Source of the DNA: a virus
Virus record (IMG/VR): IMGVR_UViG_3300027749_000102
Span: 5,917 to 69,916 of that record
Strand: one strand, 5' to 3'
DNA length: 64,000 nt
Under the pieces are notes generated by a model. That model was not told where the DNA came from, did no database searches, and worked only from the letters and a program-made list of their open reading frames with translations. The translations under genes were made by a program, and so were the position numbers. Position 1 is the first letter of the stretch; the number at the start of each line of letters is the position of its first letter. Shown piece after piece: positions 10,267-20,017 of this stretch.

Positions 10267-12105
10267 TTATGAGAATGTAACTGATTGGAAGTTTTTAACA
10301 GATACTCTAATATCTTTATTTGGATATCTAATTTGATATACTTGTGATGGTTGTGCAAATATTGTATCATCTACAGGTCCAATTAATTTTGTTTCAGGGT
10401 TAGAATAAACCATTGAAGTTTCAGCTGAAGAATATTGTCCACCTACTTCATTATAAATGTCCAATCCAGCAACAGTTAACACTCCATTAAGATTTTGAAT
10501 TATACTTCTAATTTCAGATAGATATACATTTTGTCCAAGTTGTCTTGTTTGTGGATTAAAATATGTTGAAATTGCATCAATTACTGATGAAATAATTTGA
10601 CCTGAATTTTGAGCAGCATCTAATACAATTGAAACATCCACACTTACATCAATAACTTCTGCAGTAAAAATTGAAATATAATCATTCATCATTCTATAGT
10701 TAGATAGATAATTAGCAATATTTTGTTTTAAAGTATTTGAAACAACATTAGTTAACTTACCTGAAGTATCATATGATAATATTTGAATCATTATTTTATT
10801 ATCATTTTCAGTTATTGATACTTTAGCTGGTGCCCCAAATTGAGCTGGCATATTTCTAATAATTGATTCATAATCCTGAACAGTTACCGCTCTTTTTTGT
10901 GCTGAGAAATTAAACGACACATAATTTCTAATTTCTTCTATTGTTGGAAGTCCTGAACCTCCAATCGCTGCGGTTACGTTATTACATCTTAAAGAACTAA
11001 CTACAGATGAGTTTGTTGCCTCAGAAGGTCCATTAACAAAGAATGATACAGTTCCAATTTGATTAATTACATTAGTTCCTAAATTAGTTTGTAATCCGCC
11101 ACCTACTCTATATTGAATAAACAATGTTGAGTTAGCCTTTAATGCCGATCCTAAAGAAAAATTATTTGAATATTTTTGTAGTTCTAATGTTGTACCATAA
11201 GTTGTAAATTGGTCTAAGGCATCTTGAGCGGTATTTGTACCTCCCCCAAATGTTAATTTTTTAAACCCTTCGCCAGTATATTCACTAATAAATCTATCTT
11301 GAGTTTGAATATATCTACCAACTTTAATTCCTGGTTTATCAGAAGCCTTTGTTGGGTCTTCAATAAAAACTCTATCTTCTGCCAAAGCATCTACTTCATA
11401 CCATCTATTATTTAATCCCATGAATTCTGCAGATGTTGGTACATTTGTATATTGTGTTCCATCTTTTAATAAAACACTTGTAATACCTAACACATTTTTT
11501 TCAGGTAAAAATAATTCAAAGAATGGTTTTACATCATTAGGGCTTATAGTCCTTTTAAAGACTTTGGTAATACCATTAACAACAATTTCTCTTTTAGTAA
11601 TTGTATAATTTAATAAAATCCCATTAGAATTAAAATTTGGTATTTTTAATCTATTTGGAAATCCTTGGGCATTATATGGAGAAAAAAAGTCAATATCATA
11701 TATGTTTTCAAAAACCAATCCTGCTCCAACAACTTGAGACCCTCTTAATAAAGTTCCAAGATATCTTTCATCTTCTTTATCACCATATGCAGGTACTGTA
11801 ATTGAAAAATCAACTAAAGAAACTGATGGTCTTTGTCCTGGTAATTTTAAACCATAAGTTCTTGCTATGTTATAAACTGAAGATTTTTGTTGTGCATATT
11901 GAAGTACTGTCTCTTGAATACTTCTATCAATATGATAGTGTAAGTTATCTGCAACAGCAGCATTTAAATCCAAGAATACTGAAAATACAGAAGCGTCATT
12001 AAAATCTTGTATTAATTCAGGATAATAAGTTCTAACGTAATTTTGTAATTCCGTTCTTATTGCCTGAAAATCTCTGGTAGTATATGGTATTTGATTGCTA
12101 GCCAT
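10267..12105 (-). CDS. Baseplate wedge protein, T4 gp6 / baseplate J-like
   Basis: N-terminal YTTRDFQAIRTELQNY, YRVGGG, and AQKRAVTVQDYE (RAVTxxDY hallmark); follows the gp25-like gene. Confidence 0.9.
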   Translation of the reverse strand: MASNQIPYTTRDFQAIRTELQNYVRTYYPELIQDFNDASVFSVFLDLNAAVADNLHYHIDRSIQETVLQYAQQKSSVYNIARTYGLKLPGQRPSVSLVDFSITVPAYGDKEDERYLGTLLRGSQVVGAGLVFENIYDIDFFSPYNAQGFPNRLKIPNFNSNGILLNYTITKREIVVNGITKVFKRTISPNDVKPFFELFLPEKNVLGITSVLLKDGTQYTNVPTSAEFMGLNNRWYEVDALAEDRVFIEDPTKASDKPGIKVGRYIQTQDRFISEYTGEGFKKLTFGGGTNTAQDALDQFTTYGTTLELQKYSNNFSLGSALKANSTLFIQYRVGGGLQTNLGTNVINQIGTVSFFVNGPSEATNSSVVSSLRCNNVTAAIGGSGLPTIEEIRNYVSFNFSAQKRAVTVQDYESIIRNMPAQFGAPAKVSITENDNKIMIQILSYDTSGKLTNVVSNTLKQNIANYLSNYRMMNDYISIFTAEVIDVSVDVSIVLDAAQNSGQIISSVIDAISTYFNPQTRQLGQNVYLSEIRSIIQNLNGVLTVAGLDIYNEVGGQYSSAETSMVYSNPETKLIGPVDDTIFAQPSQVYQIRYPNKDIRVSVKNFQSVTFS

Positions 12106-12110
12106 TTATG

Positions 12111-12581
12111 TTAAATATTGATAATTAGAAAATCGCTCTGTGCAAATGTTTGTCCATTTGTAGAATAATCTATTTTTATTTTTGCTGTATACTCTGATGT
12201 TCCTTTACCAGGAAGTCTATAAATTGAAGATTCATTAGTCCCTACAAAATTTTGTCCTGTTGCAATATCAACTTCATCTTGAACATCTGCTGGTGTAATT
12301 GTTATCCCATTAATTAAAAGATTTGGCATAAAGTTTTGAACTGCATCTCTAATATCAGATTGAATTGCATCAAATGTTAAACCATCAAATGGTTCAAAAA
12401 GAAATTCATACAATCTTGTTCCAAATGTTGGTAAATAATATCTTGAACCTTTTCTAGTTAATAAAAGATGTAATAAGTCTGATTTGATTTCATCTTTTTG
12501 AAATTGTGTAAGCTCTAAGTAATCTCCACGAATAGAATCATTAAAAGGAAACGCAAGACCATATGTTGTACCATTTGCCAT
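12111..12581 (-). CDS. Baseplate wedge/sheath initiator, T4 gp25-like
   Basis: IKSDLLHLLLTRKGSRYYLPTFGTRLYEFLFEP matches the gp25/GPW motif (LLTxxGER...PxFG). Confidence 0.92.
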   Translation of the reverse strand: MANGTTYGLAFPFNDSIRGDYLELTQFQKDEIKSDLLHLLLTRKGSRYYLPTFGTRLYEFLFEPFDGLTFDAIQSDIRDAVQNFMPNLLINGITITPADVQDEVDIATGQNFVGTNESSIYRLPGKGTSEYTAKIKIDYSTNGQTFAQSDFLIINI

Positions 12582-12601
12582 ATAACATAAATATACTTGG
12601 A

Positions 12602-12790
12602 TTATTTTTTTATTAAAGTAGTAATTCCTTTTTGTGCTCTTGGTTCATACGCACAATGTCTACATTTATTACCACAACAATATCCTCTCTTAATATGATA
12701 CTCTTCAGTAAAAACCATTCTACCATCTTCTTCATAAAAATCAGAAGGGAGAAGTTTTGGCTTCTCCCTTTTAATATTTTGTTTTTCCAT
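12602..12790 (-). CDS. Small Cys-rich protein (DUF5522-like)
   Basis: FYEEDGRMVFTEEYHIKRGYCCGNKCRHCAY motif; starts 1 nt after the RNR stop. Confidence 0.7.
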   Translation of the reverse strand: MEKQNIKREKPKLLPSDFYEEDGRMVFTEEYHIKRGYCCGNKCRHCAYEPRAQKGITTLIKK

Positions 12791-12791
12791 A

Positions 12792-14654
12792 TTATACTAA
12801 TGTTACTTCGCAAGTTCCGCCAGCACAAGCGACTTCACCACTTAAATTTGTATCATCATCCATCTCAACAATTTTTGATAAATCAACATCATTTAACGTT
12901 TTCATCAATTTTTCATACTCTTCTTTATCACAATCAGTAAAAGGAGCCTGGATGTAACTGCCTCCATCATAAGGTAAAACTGATAAACCATTATATGCAT
13001 CTTTATTTTCCCACATCCATTCACCAACTGCAGGCCATTCATGTTCTCTAATTGAAATAGTTGCAGATACGTTATGAGCATTTGAACCATTTCTATGTCC
13101 AGGTTTAATCCATTCTTGTTGAACTTTTTTAACTCTCTCTAATAATTGAATTGGTGACTCGTTTCTTAAGATTGACCCTTCAGGTGCTTTTTGTGGTATT
13201 CCAATAACAGCCGTATCGTGTGGTCTAAAATATTCATCTTCAACTAATTCAGGGTGATTGTTCTTCAAGTGTGAATAAATTGCTTCATTCTTACCAACCC
13301 TAACTCTTCTAACATAATAGTCATTGTGCCAAGCGTGAATACCTGAAGATGTACCTAATGTTAATGATGTTGTTCCCGCAGGTTTAACTGTTGTTGTTCT
13401 TGCTGCTGGATTAATGTGTAATAATTCAGCAACTCTTTTGTTTTCTTCTTTAACTACTTTAGCAGCTGATTTCATATTCAAACCTAAAACAGCTCCTGAA
13501 CCGATACCTGTCATTGAGATTCCAATTAACGCATCTTTTTCAGTTGTTCTCTGCCATATTGGTCTTAAATAGTGGAAATTAGTGTATCCAGCTTGTAGTG
13601 TTCCAATGAAAGATGCTGCTCTAACTCTATCTTCATAATCTTCTTGTGATACAACATTAGATACGTTAACCTCTGTGAGGTTACAGAATTGGAATGGTCT
13701 TAAAGCAATTTCACAACAAGGATTAGTTCCCCAATCTTTATCATTACTTAGGTAGATACCAGGTTCTCCTGCCCCACTTGCTTCAATTCTCTTCCATAAT
13801 TCCATGAAGTATTCTTTGGTAATTTTGTGTCTCATCAAAACTGCAGAGTTATTAGCTCTACCTCTTTGTGGATTTGTTTCCCACCATGCTCCACTCTTAC
13901 ATCCAATCATTTCTTCGTCAGTTGCTGAGAATAATGAAATAAGTGCTGCTCTTCTGATACCACCAGCTAATACTGCATCTGCAATATGACAAACAATATC
14001 ATGTACTTCAATTGGTTTCAATCTTTCACCATCTTGTCTTGAATCCAAGATACCTTCAACTTTAATTAAACATTCTTTCAATGGTTGTGGGCCAGGAGCT
14101 TTACCACCTGATGTGATAAGTCTTGCACCTTTTGGTCTGATGTCACTGAAGTCGAATTCAATTTTTGAACCACCGAAGAAATATGATTTAACTAATACTT
14201 TAACAGCGTCAGCCCATCCTTCGATTGAATCTGCCACTAACCATCTTCTTCCTCTGTCTTTATTTGGTTTCCTGATTTCAGGTAAAGCATCAACGTGATG
14301 TTTTTGAACTGAATAACCAACACCCGTTCCACCTAAAAGTAAGAACATGATTTCAGAGAATACTCTCCAATCATCAATCGGTGCGAAGGCACAGTTATAA
14401 ATTCTATTTGGTGAGATTTCAATTGGTTTTCCTGCGAACTGCATTGACCTCATTGAGGGTAATACTTGCTTTCTGAAAACATACATGTAATTCTCACGAA
14501 TTTCTTTTTCTAATTGAGGATAATGCTTAATATGCATCTCCATGTTTCTTGTGACTAATTCTTGCCACGTTTCTCTTCTCTTTAGTTCAGGAATGTACTT
14601 TGAATATTTCATATACACAGTTATGTCGCTGAGTATTCGGTTAGATATGTCCAT
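12792..14654 (-). CDS. nrdJ: Class II (adenosylcobalamin-dependent, monomeric RTPR-type) ribonucleotide reductase
   Basis: YNCAF, GGTGVGYS, TNPCCEI active-site finger, FCNLTEVN, TTVKPAGT and C-terminal ACAGGTCE cysteine pair; no nrdB nearby. Confidence 0.92.
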   Translation of the reverse strand: MDISNRILSDITVYMKYSKYIPELKRRETWQELVTRNMEMHIKHYPQLEKEIRENYMYVFRKQVLPSMRSMQFAGKPIEISPNRIYNCAFAPIDDWRVFSEIMFLLLGGTGVGYSVQKHHVDALPEIRKPNKDRGRRWLVADSIEGWADAVKVLVKSYFFGGSKIEFDFSDIRPKGARLITSGGKAPGPQPLKECLIKVEGILDSRQDGERLKPIEVHDIVCHIADAVLAGGIRRAALISLFSATDEEMIGCKSGAWWETNPQRGRANNSAVLMRHKITKEYFMELWKRIEASGAGEPGIYLSNDKDWGTNPCCEIALRPFQFCNLTEVNVSNVVSQEDYEDRVRAASFIGTLQAGYTNFHYLRPIWQRTTEKDALIGISMTGIGSGAVLGLNMKSAAKVVKEENKRVAELLHINPAARTTTVKPAGTTSLTLGTSSGIHAWHNDYYVRRVRVGKNEAIYSHLKNNHPELVEDEYFRPHDTAVIGIPQKAPEGSILRNESPIQLLERVKKVQQEWIKPGHRNGSNAHNVSATISIREHEWPAVGEWMWENKDAYNGLSVLPYDGGSYIQAPFTDCDKEEYEKLMKTLNDVDLSKIVEMDDDTNLSGEVACAGGTCEVTLV

Positions 14655-14809
14655 ATTTTTTCTTTTTTTTTATAATTTATTGATTTTTTTATGTTTTCTT
14701 GCCAAGGTATGAATTGTAAATTTTCAATACTCCCAATTATTTCAGGTTCAATATTATTAAACACTTTAGTTTTGTATAATTCTGATAAATTTTTTAATTT
14801 TCTTCCCAT
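14621..14809 (-). pseudogene. Probable remnant of an HNH endonuclease cassette (MGRKLK...FNNIEPEIIGSIENLQFIPWQENIKKS)
   Basis: NLQFIPWQENIKK parallels the HNH C-terminus NLQPLWAEDNLKK seen twice in this window; the HxDH motif is missing; the MGRK start matches the small ORF at 18490..18651. Confidence 0.5.
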
Positions 14810-14850
14810 AATTAAAAATAAAAAAAAAGGGTATTTTATTATTAAATATG

Positions 14851-14871
14851 TGGTCGAACACCAATCGACCA
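14851..14871. promoter_or_regulatory. Inverted repeat TGGTCGA-N7-TCGACCA between dnaB and nrdJ
   Basis: Perfect 7-bp GC-containing arms in an otherwise very AT-rich intergenic region. Confidence 0.4.
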
Positions 14872-14922
14872 ACAATTTAGATTAAAAAAATAAGTTTTTT
14901 TTTTAAAAAAGTAGATATTTAA

Positions 14923-16305
14923 TTAAATGGTTTTTTGAGAAAATTCTCTCTCCTTTCTCCTATCTAAGAGTTCCTTAACCCTATCTCTTTTTCTTTCTTC
15001 TTGTTGTTCTTCAAAACCTAAGAACGTTACCGATGTTTCGGTATCTATTTCAAGTAGTTCATTGTTGAACTTGCAGTTCTCAAATACGACACCATCTTTA
15101 CCAATTCTTGACTTGGTAATTGCTATTGTTGCCAAATTCATTTCTTTTTGTTGTAATGATTTTGCAACAGTTATAATAACGTGACCAACTTGAGCCTTTT
15201 TAATTGACCCACCCATTTGGTCTGTAGTAACAACATCTGATGAGATTGAACTTCTATTACCTTGTGTTGCCGTCCAACCAACAAGATTTAATTCATGACA
15301 CATTGATTCAAATCCTCTCATAACCGATCCTTCGGCTTTCCATTCATCTTTACTTGAACTTTCAGGTAATACACAATCAATGTAATCCAAAAGGATTAAA
15401 TCAATTCTAGTACCATCTGCAATTATTTTCCTAACCTGATTCTTAATCTGATTCATAGTCATACTATCAGACGATAACTTCTTTAAAATCAATTCATTCT
15501 TCATAGTCTCATGAACCTCATTGATTTTAGACATCACCTCTTCTTTATGAAGAACAAGATCATCAGGAGCAATACCTGTCCAAAGGGTAAAGTGTTTTCT
15601 TTGTACAATCTTTGGATTGTCCTCAAAAAATACTTGAAGAACATTATACCCAAGATTAAATGCTGTATTTGCAATCTTTGTTAAGATGGTAGTTTTACCA
15701 ACACCCGTAGGAGCAAGTATAACCCCTATTTCACCCTTTGCCAACCCACCCTTAAGTAAGTTGTCAATTCCTGTTATACCTATTGGTATTGGGTGTCTAA
15801 AGTCCTCATCAAGGACTGTATCAAGATTTGCAAAGATATCTGTAATTCCTGTATCTCTTTCTCCTACTTGTAACGCTTCTCTAACAAGACCTTCAACCTT
15901 ATCATAAGATTCGAAGTCTCCTTCATTAATAATCTTCTGAGCCTTGTCCATCGCCTTCTGAAGTTCTTGTTGTTTACAAAACTTCAAAGCTTTTTCCTGA
16001 ACAAAAAGAGTTCCCTCTAAAGGTGCGTTCTGAATTTGTTTGATTGTATCAACAACAATTTTAGCAACAAGTTCTTGCGAAATTTCTGACTTAACAATTT
16101 GATCTAAAGTTTCAAAGTTAGGAGTAGATTCATACTTCTTATAATACTCCTTAGTCATCTGTAAGATGATTTTAAAGTACTTGTTATCAAAATAAGAACT
16201 CTCAATAACATCCATAATAGATGATGAAAACTCCCTATCCACTACTATCTGATTCAATAACTGCAACTGGAAAGTGTTTCCTAAATACTCAAAATTCTTA
16301 TTCAT
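14923..16305 (-). CDS. dnaB: Replicative DNA helicase, DnaB / T4 gp41-like
   Basis: TGIDNLLKGGL, Walker A APTGVGKT, Walker B LILLDYID, WTATQGNR, KSRIG. Confidence 0.92.
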   Translation of the reverse strand: MNKNFEYLGNTFQLQLLNQIVVDREFSSSIMDVIESSYFDNKYFKIILQMTKEYYKKYESTPNFETLDQIVKSEISQELVAKIVVDTIKQIQNAPLEGTLFVQEKALKFCKQQELQKAMDKAQKIINEGDFESYDKVEGLVREALQVGERDTGITDIFANLDTVLDEDFRHPIPIGITGIDNLLKGGLAKGEIGVILAPTGVGKTTILTKIANTAFNLGYNVLQVFFEDNPKIVQRKHFTLWTGIAPDDLVLHKEEVMSKINEVHETMKNELILKKLSSDSMTMNQIKNQVRKIIADGTRIDLILLDYIDCVLPESSSKDEWKAEGSVMRGFESMCHELNLVGWTATQGNRSSISSDVVTTDQMGGSIKKAQVGHVIITVAKSLQQKEMNLATIAITKSRIGKDGVVFENCKFNNELLEIDTETSVTFLGFEEQQEERKRDRVKELLDRRKEREFSQKTI

Positions 16306-16340
16306 AATTGTTTTAAATTCTCCCTCTATTAATTAAATAC

Positions 16341-16793
16341 TTACTTACTTAAATCAAATTCCAAATACTCGTAACTTAATTTGCTTTCTGAAAAAATGTC
16401 AGTTAATTCCCTTAACACATCTTTTAGAAATGGTCGTACGTCTACTGTATAACGAACCTTTGGTGGAAATAATTTTCCATCAAATTGTCTATGACAAATT
16501 GTCTGTTCTCCAAACTTAACAAAAATGTTAAAAACTTCCGCATCATCAGTAAATGATGTGTTCATAATGGTTTGGTCATGCTCAATCGCATCCCTGTTAT
16601 CCATCATATAGATAACCGTCTTCATTTTTAAATAATACTGCAATTCTTCCTTGAGTGTTTTAATATACTCATAAAGGTCTACAGAGTTTTTAGCCTTCGG
16701 GTTATACCCTCTAACATTGAAAAATCTTTGAACTACAATATTGTCGTTTAACGTCAATAAGAATTCCATCTTTGTGCTGTCCTGCTCTTTCAT
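16341..16793 (-). CDS. Hypothetical protein (150 aa) between the exonuclease and helicase
   Basis: Intact ORF co-oriented within the replication operon. Confidence 0.7.
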   Translation of the reverse strand: MKEQDSTKMEFLLTLNDNIVVQRFFNVRGYNPKAKNSVDLYEYIKTLKEELQYYLKMKTVIYMMDNRDAIEHDQTIMNTSFTDDAEVFNIFVKFGEQTICHRQFDGKLFPPKVRYTVDVRPFLKDVLRELTDIFSESKLSYEYLEFDLSK

Positions 16794-16796
16794 AAT

Positions 16797-17798
16797 TTAA
16801 GTTTTGTTTGTGTTTCTTTTTTCTTTTCTTATTAATTTCATAAATGGTTTGAGGAAATTTACCCAAGCTTCATCGTTCTTGGGAAGATACTTAAAGAGAC
16901 CATCTTCCATCATCATTCTCATTAAGTTCTTATACCCCCTATCGGTAGGGTCAATTGTGTCGTTATAAACTTCTTCTACAAATTGTTTGGATTCTTCTGT
17001 TAGTAATGGGGTTGCTAAATCAACTATTTTTTTGTTTGTAATATAAAACTCTTCACCAAGTATACCGCTTTTTGTTTTACCAGTCAAAATATTTGATAAA
17101 CTTTTAATAGGTTTTTTTTGCGGGATATTTCGGGCATTATCTAATATTTCCTCAACAGTGCAGGATTTAGACTGCATTTCAGGGAAAAACTTAACTAAAG
17201 TTTTTTCTCCTAATCCCTGAATCCCATCAATATTATCTGACTTGTCCCCAACAAAAATTTTACATACCGCAACATTATAGTGTGGTATCTCAATCTTGTT
17301 TAACATAATCATATCACCATTCTTAAAGTATTGTTTAGATACTGGTGAATAAATCGTTACTCGTTCTGATATTAATTGGGTGAGGTCTTTATCACCTGAG
17401 AAGATGATAATCTGTTCGTCTTTTGCTATTTTACAGTACTGAGATATTAAATCGTCAGCCTCAACTCCAACAGCCTCAATCTGTCTAACAAATACCTCTT
17501 CAAGATATTGTTTAATCCGATTAATTTGATATGATGTTGATTCAACCTCATCCTCATTAATAAACCTATTACGATTTTGTTTATATTGGGGATATATTAA
17601 TTTTCTTGCAGACGAATTTTCTTCTCCGTCCCATACAGCAATAACTTTATCATAGTTATACTCTTCAAGAAATTTACGAATAGTATTGATAAAGTGGTAG
17701 ATTCCACCAATCCTTCCTCCATCCTTATAAATTTCTTTTACTCCAAAGAAGCCAATTTTGAATAGATTATGAGAATCTATTAGTAGTGTTTTGGTCAC
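16797..17798 (-). CDS. 5'-3' exonuclease / flap endonuclease (T4 RNase H / PolI N-terminal-like)
   Basis: LLIDS, YKQNR, EADDLI, SGDKDLTQL, and the GDKSDNIDGIQGLGEKT helix-hairpin-helix. Confidence 0.92.
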   Translation of the reverse strand: MTKTLLIDSHNLFKIGFFGVKEIYKDGGRIGGIYHFINTIRKFLEEYNYDKVIAVWDGEENSSARKLIYPQYKQNRNRFINEDEVESTSYQINRIKQYLEEVFVRQIEAVGVEADDLISQYCKIAKDEQIIIFSGDKDLTQLISERVTIYSPVSKQYFKNGDMIMLNKIEIPHYNVAVCKIFVGDKSDNIDGIQGLGEKTLVKFFPEMQSKSCTVEEILDNARNIPQKKPIKSLSNILTGKTKSGILGEEFYITNKKIVDLATPLLTEESKQFVEEVYNDTIDPTDRGYKNLMRMMMEDGLFKYLPKNDEAWVNFLKPFMKLIRKEKRNTNKT

Positions 17799-17807
17799 TT
17801 TATTTAT

Positions 17808-18509
17808 TTAATTCGTGAATAAAATTTTGTTTCCTTTTTTCAAATTATCCTCAGCCCATAGTGGTTGAAGATTTGTATAATGGCATAACCTATAAAGTTC
17901 GTCTTCTGTTTTTGCCGATGATAATGGAATGATATGGTCAATATGCCACTCGCCCCTGTTATTCCAACTCATACCTTCTGTAAATTGTTTTTCTAAATAT
18001 TCTTTGAGTAATACTGGTGAGCAACCTATAATGTTAAAAGTTTTGTTTGATTTTTCCATTTCATTTTTTTTAACATATGAACTCATTCTACTTCTAACCC
18101 TATTACTTAAATTGACAATAATATCTGTTTGTCTCCTAATTTTGGATTGTTCGCTAATAATTTGTCTATTTTTTTTCCTATATTCTTTTAATTTGTTTTT
18201 ATTGGATTTTCTCCAATTTCTATTTAATTCTTTAACAAATTCATTTTTATTTTCATAATAGGATTTATTATATTCAGGATTATTTTTTCTCCAATTTTGT
18301 CTTTTTTCTCGTTCAATGTCAATATTATTTTCATAATATTTTTTCATTCTTTTTGAATGTTTTTCCAAATTTTCAGAATGATATTTTTTTCCTCTTTTTT
18401 TATTACATTCTTTACAGCAATATAACAATCCGTCTTTAGATGATTTTGATTTACCAAAATCACAAACAGATTTGTTTTCAGAACACTTACTACAAACTTT
18501 TGTCTCCAT
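17808..18509 (-). CDS. Free-standing HNH homing endonuclease with N-terminal Zn finger
   Basis: CSKC...CKEC zinc finger, basic helical repeats, WHIDHIIPLS...CHYTNLQPLWAEDNLKK. Confidence 0.88.
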   Translation of the reverse strand: METKVCSKCSENKSVCDFGKSKSSKDGLLYCCKECNKKRGKKYHSENLEKHSKRMKKYYENNIDIEREKRQNWRKNNPEYNKSYYENKNEFVKELNRNWRKSNKNKLKEYRKKNRQIISEQSKIRRQTDIIVNLSNRVRSRMSSYVKKNEMEKSNKTFNIIGCSPVLLKEYLEKQFTEGMSWNNRGEWHIDHIIPLSSAKTEDELYRLCHYTNLQPLWAEDNLKKGNKILFTN

Positions 18510-18651
18510 TTTTTATATAATCTTTTAATAGTTTATTAACAAGAGAAGATAAGTTTATAGATTTATCTTTAAAGTATTGAGGTAATTCAGGGTCAATGGA
18601 CACCGCTAACTTTACTTTCTTTTTTTCATCTTCAACTTTTTTTCTTCCCAT
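18490..18651 (-). CDS. Small ribbon-helix-helix-like DNA-binding protein (53 aa; MGRKKVEDEKKKVKLAVSIDPELPQYFKDKSINLSSLVNKLLKDYIKNGDKSL)
   Basis: Translated by hand (below the track cutoff). Alternating strand VKLAVSID plus NLSSLVNKLL helix; TATTTAT 4 nt upstream; overlaps the HNH start by 20 nt. Confidence 0.7.
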   Translation of the reverse strand: MGRKKVEDEKKKVKLAVSIDPELPQYFKDKSINLSSLVNKLLKDYIKNGDKSL

Positions 18652-18699
18652 ATTAATAAATATCAACAAATATTGTAAAAGTATAATTATTTATATTTT

Positions 18700-19689
18700 T
18701 TATTCTGTAATCTCGTCTTCAGTTTCATCAAGTTTAATTTCACCATCACCACTAAGTATTCCATTCCAATATTGGGAATATTCTTTCTTATAGATTTCCA
18801 ATGCCTCCTTAGTATCTTCAATGTATCCTTGTGGTACTGCAATTAATTTACCATCAGAATAACCCAATCCATTAACATGATTTTTTAATATTGATATTTT
18901 AGTTCTAATCGCATATCTAATAGTTCTTCCTCCTTTAGTTGCTGTGATATGATTAATACCAGCACTTGCTTGATTACCAAAAAGGAATACTAATGAGGAT
19001 GCTAACCATACGGCTTCACCACCCTTACTCTTAATGGTTGGTTGACCAAATGGATTATCAGGTAAAGCCACCCAAGGTTGGTTAACCACAACTAAAGTAT
19101 TATAATACGCATATTCTTCTTTTTTTGATTTGGATATCCTTGAATGAATCCCCATACCTATCTTATCAGCAAGAGCCGCTGCCGAATGCATTTTTCCACC
19201 TTTACCTTCAAAAGTCATTTTACAAGGAATAGAACCAACTGAATCCCAAAGGAATAAAATAGATTGTTGTATATCTCCTTTCTCTTGAGCATCCAATACT
19301 TCATTGATGAAGTCGGTAACTTGTTCAATATAATCGAATCCATCATTAAAGATGAAGTCACCATCCCACTCACCATCTGAGTTCTTTTTAGCATCCAATC
19401 CTAATTCAACAGCATGTTCCCAACTCCATTTCTTTTCAGTAATAATAAAGACAGGTAAATGACCTTTCTTCTGAGCATCTGCCGCAGCTAAAATCATAGC
19501 GGTTGTTTTAGAACTATTACTATGTCCCAAGAACATATTAATACCTCCCATAACAGGACCTGGTAATCCACTTGCACTTAAGAATGCTTCACCACAATTA
19601 TAGTAATTTGTTTCTTTATACTTTGTTTTTGTTGAGAACTTATCTTTAAATCCCCCTCCAACACCTTCTTTTTTCTTAATGGCCGCCAT
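18700..19689 (-). CDS. RecA/UvsX-like recombinase
   Basis: Walker A-like GHSNSSKTT, FIITEKK, FLWDSVGS (Walker B), VVVNQ, KGGEA, KNHV. Confidence 0.85.
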   Translation of the reverse strand: MAAIKKKEGVGGGFKDKFSTKTKYKETNYYNCGEAFLSASGLPGPVMGGINMFLGHSNSSKTTAMILAAADAQKKGHLPVFIITEKKWSWEHAVELGLDAKKNSDGEWDGDFIFNDGFDYIEQVTDFINEVLDAQEKGDIQQSILFLWDSVGSIPCKMTFEGKGGKMHSAAALADKIGMGIHSRISKSKKEEYAYYNTLVVVNQPWVALPDNPFGQPTIKSKGGEAVWLASSLVFLFGNQASAGINHITATKGGRTIRYAIRTKISILKNHVNGLGYSDGKLIAVPQGYIEDTKEALEIYKKEYSQYWNGILSGDGEIKLDETEDEITE

Positions 19690-19972
19690 TTTCTATTTTT
19701 TTAATATTTGGTAACTTATTTATTTTGTTTGGTCCATAGAACATACTATCTTCTTCATATAAGGTACCAACTTCTTCTTCGTGAAAAGTTATTAATTTAA
19801 GACCTAATTCTCCATCTTCTTTTTCTTCTCTTAACATACCAAATAAAACGGTATCACCAATTTGTTTTGCTCTGCCAGAAAAATATCCCTTATCTTTTAA
19901 TTGACTCAATATCTCATAAGATACTGTTTTATTATCTCTTGATTGTAATTCAATTTCTTCTTTAAATGTCAT
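19676..19972 (-). CDS. Hypothetical protein (MTFKEEIELQ...)
   Basis: ATG at 19972 preferred because the longer track start runs through a terminator hairpin; overlaps the recombinase start. Confidence 0.6.
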   Translation of the reverse strand: MTFKEEIELQSRDNKTVSYEILSQLKDKGYFSGRAKQIGDTVLFGMLREEKEDGELGLKLITFHEEEVGTLYEEDSMFYGPNKINKLPNIKKIENGGH

Positions 19973-19980
19973 AATAGTAT

Positions 19981-20009
19981 AATAAAAGGGTGGAGTTAAT
20001 ACTCCACCC
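19981..20009 (-). terminator. Intrinsic terminator after the SSB gene
   Basis: GGGTGGAGT-N4-ACTCCACCC 9-bp stem followed by TTTTATT on the minus strand. Confidence 0.75.
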
Positions 20010-20017
20010 AATATAGT

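Noticed and set aside
14810-14922. NrdR box or cobalamin riboswitch upstream of nrdJ
   Set aside because: The inverted repeat does not match the NrdR consensus, and the region is too short and AT-rich for a B12 riboswitch.
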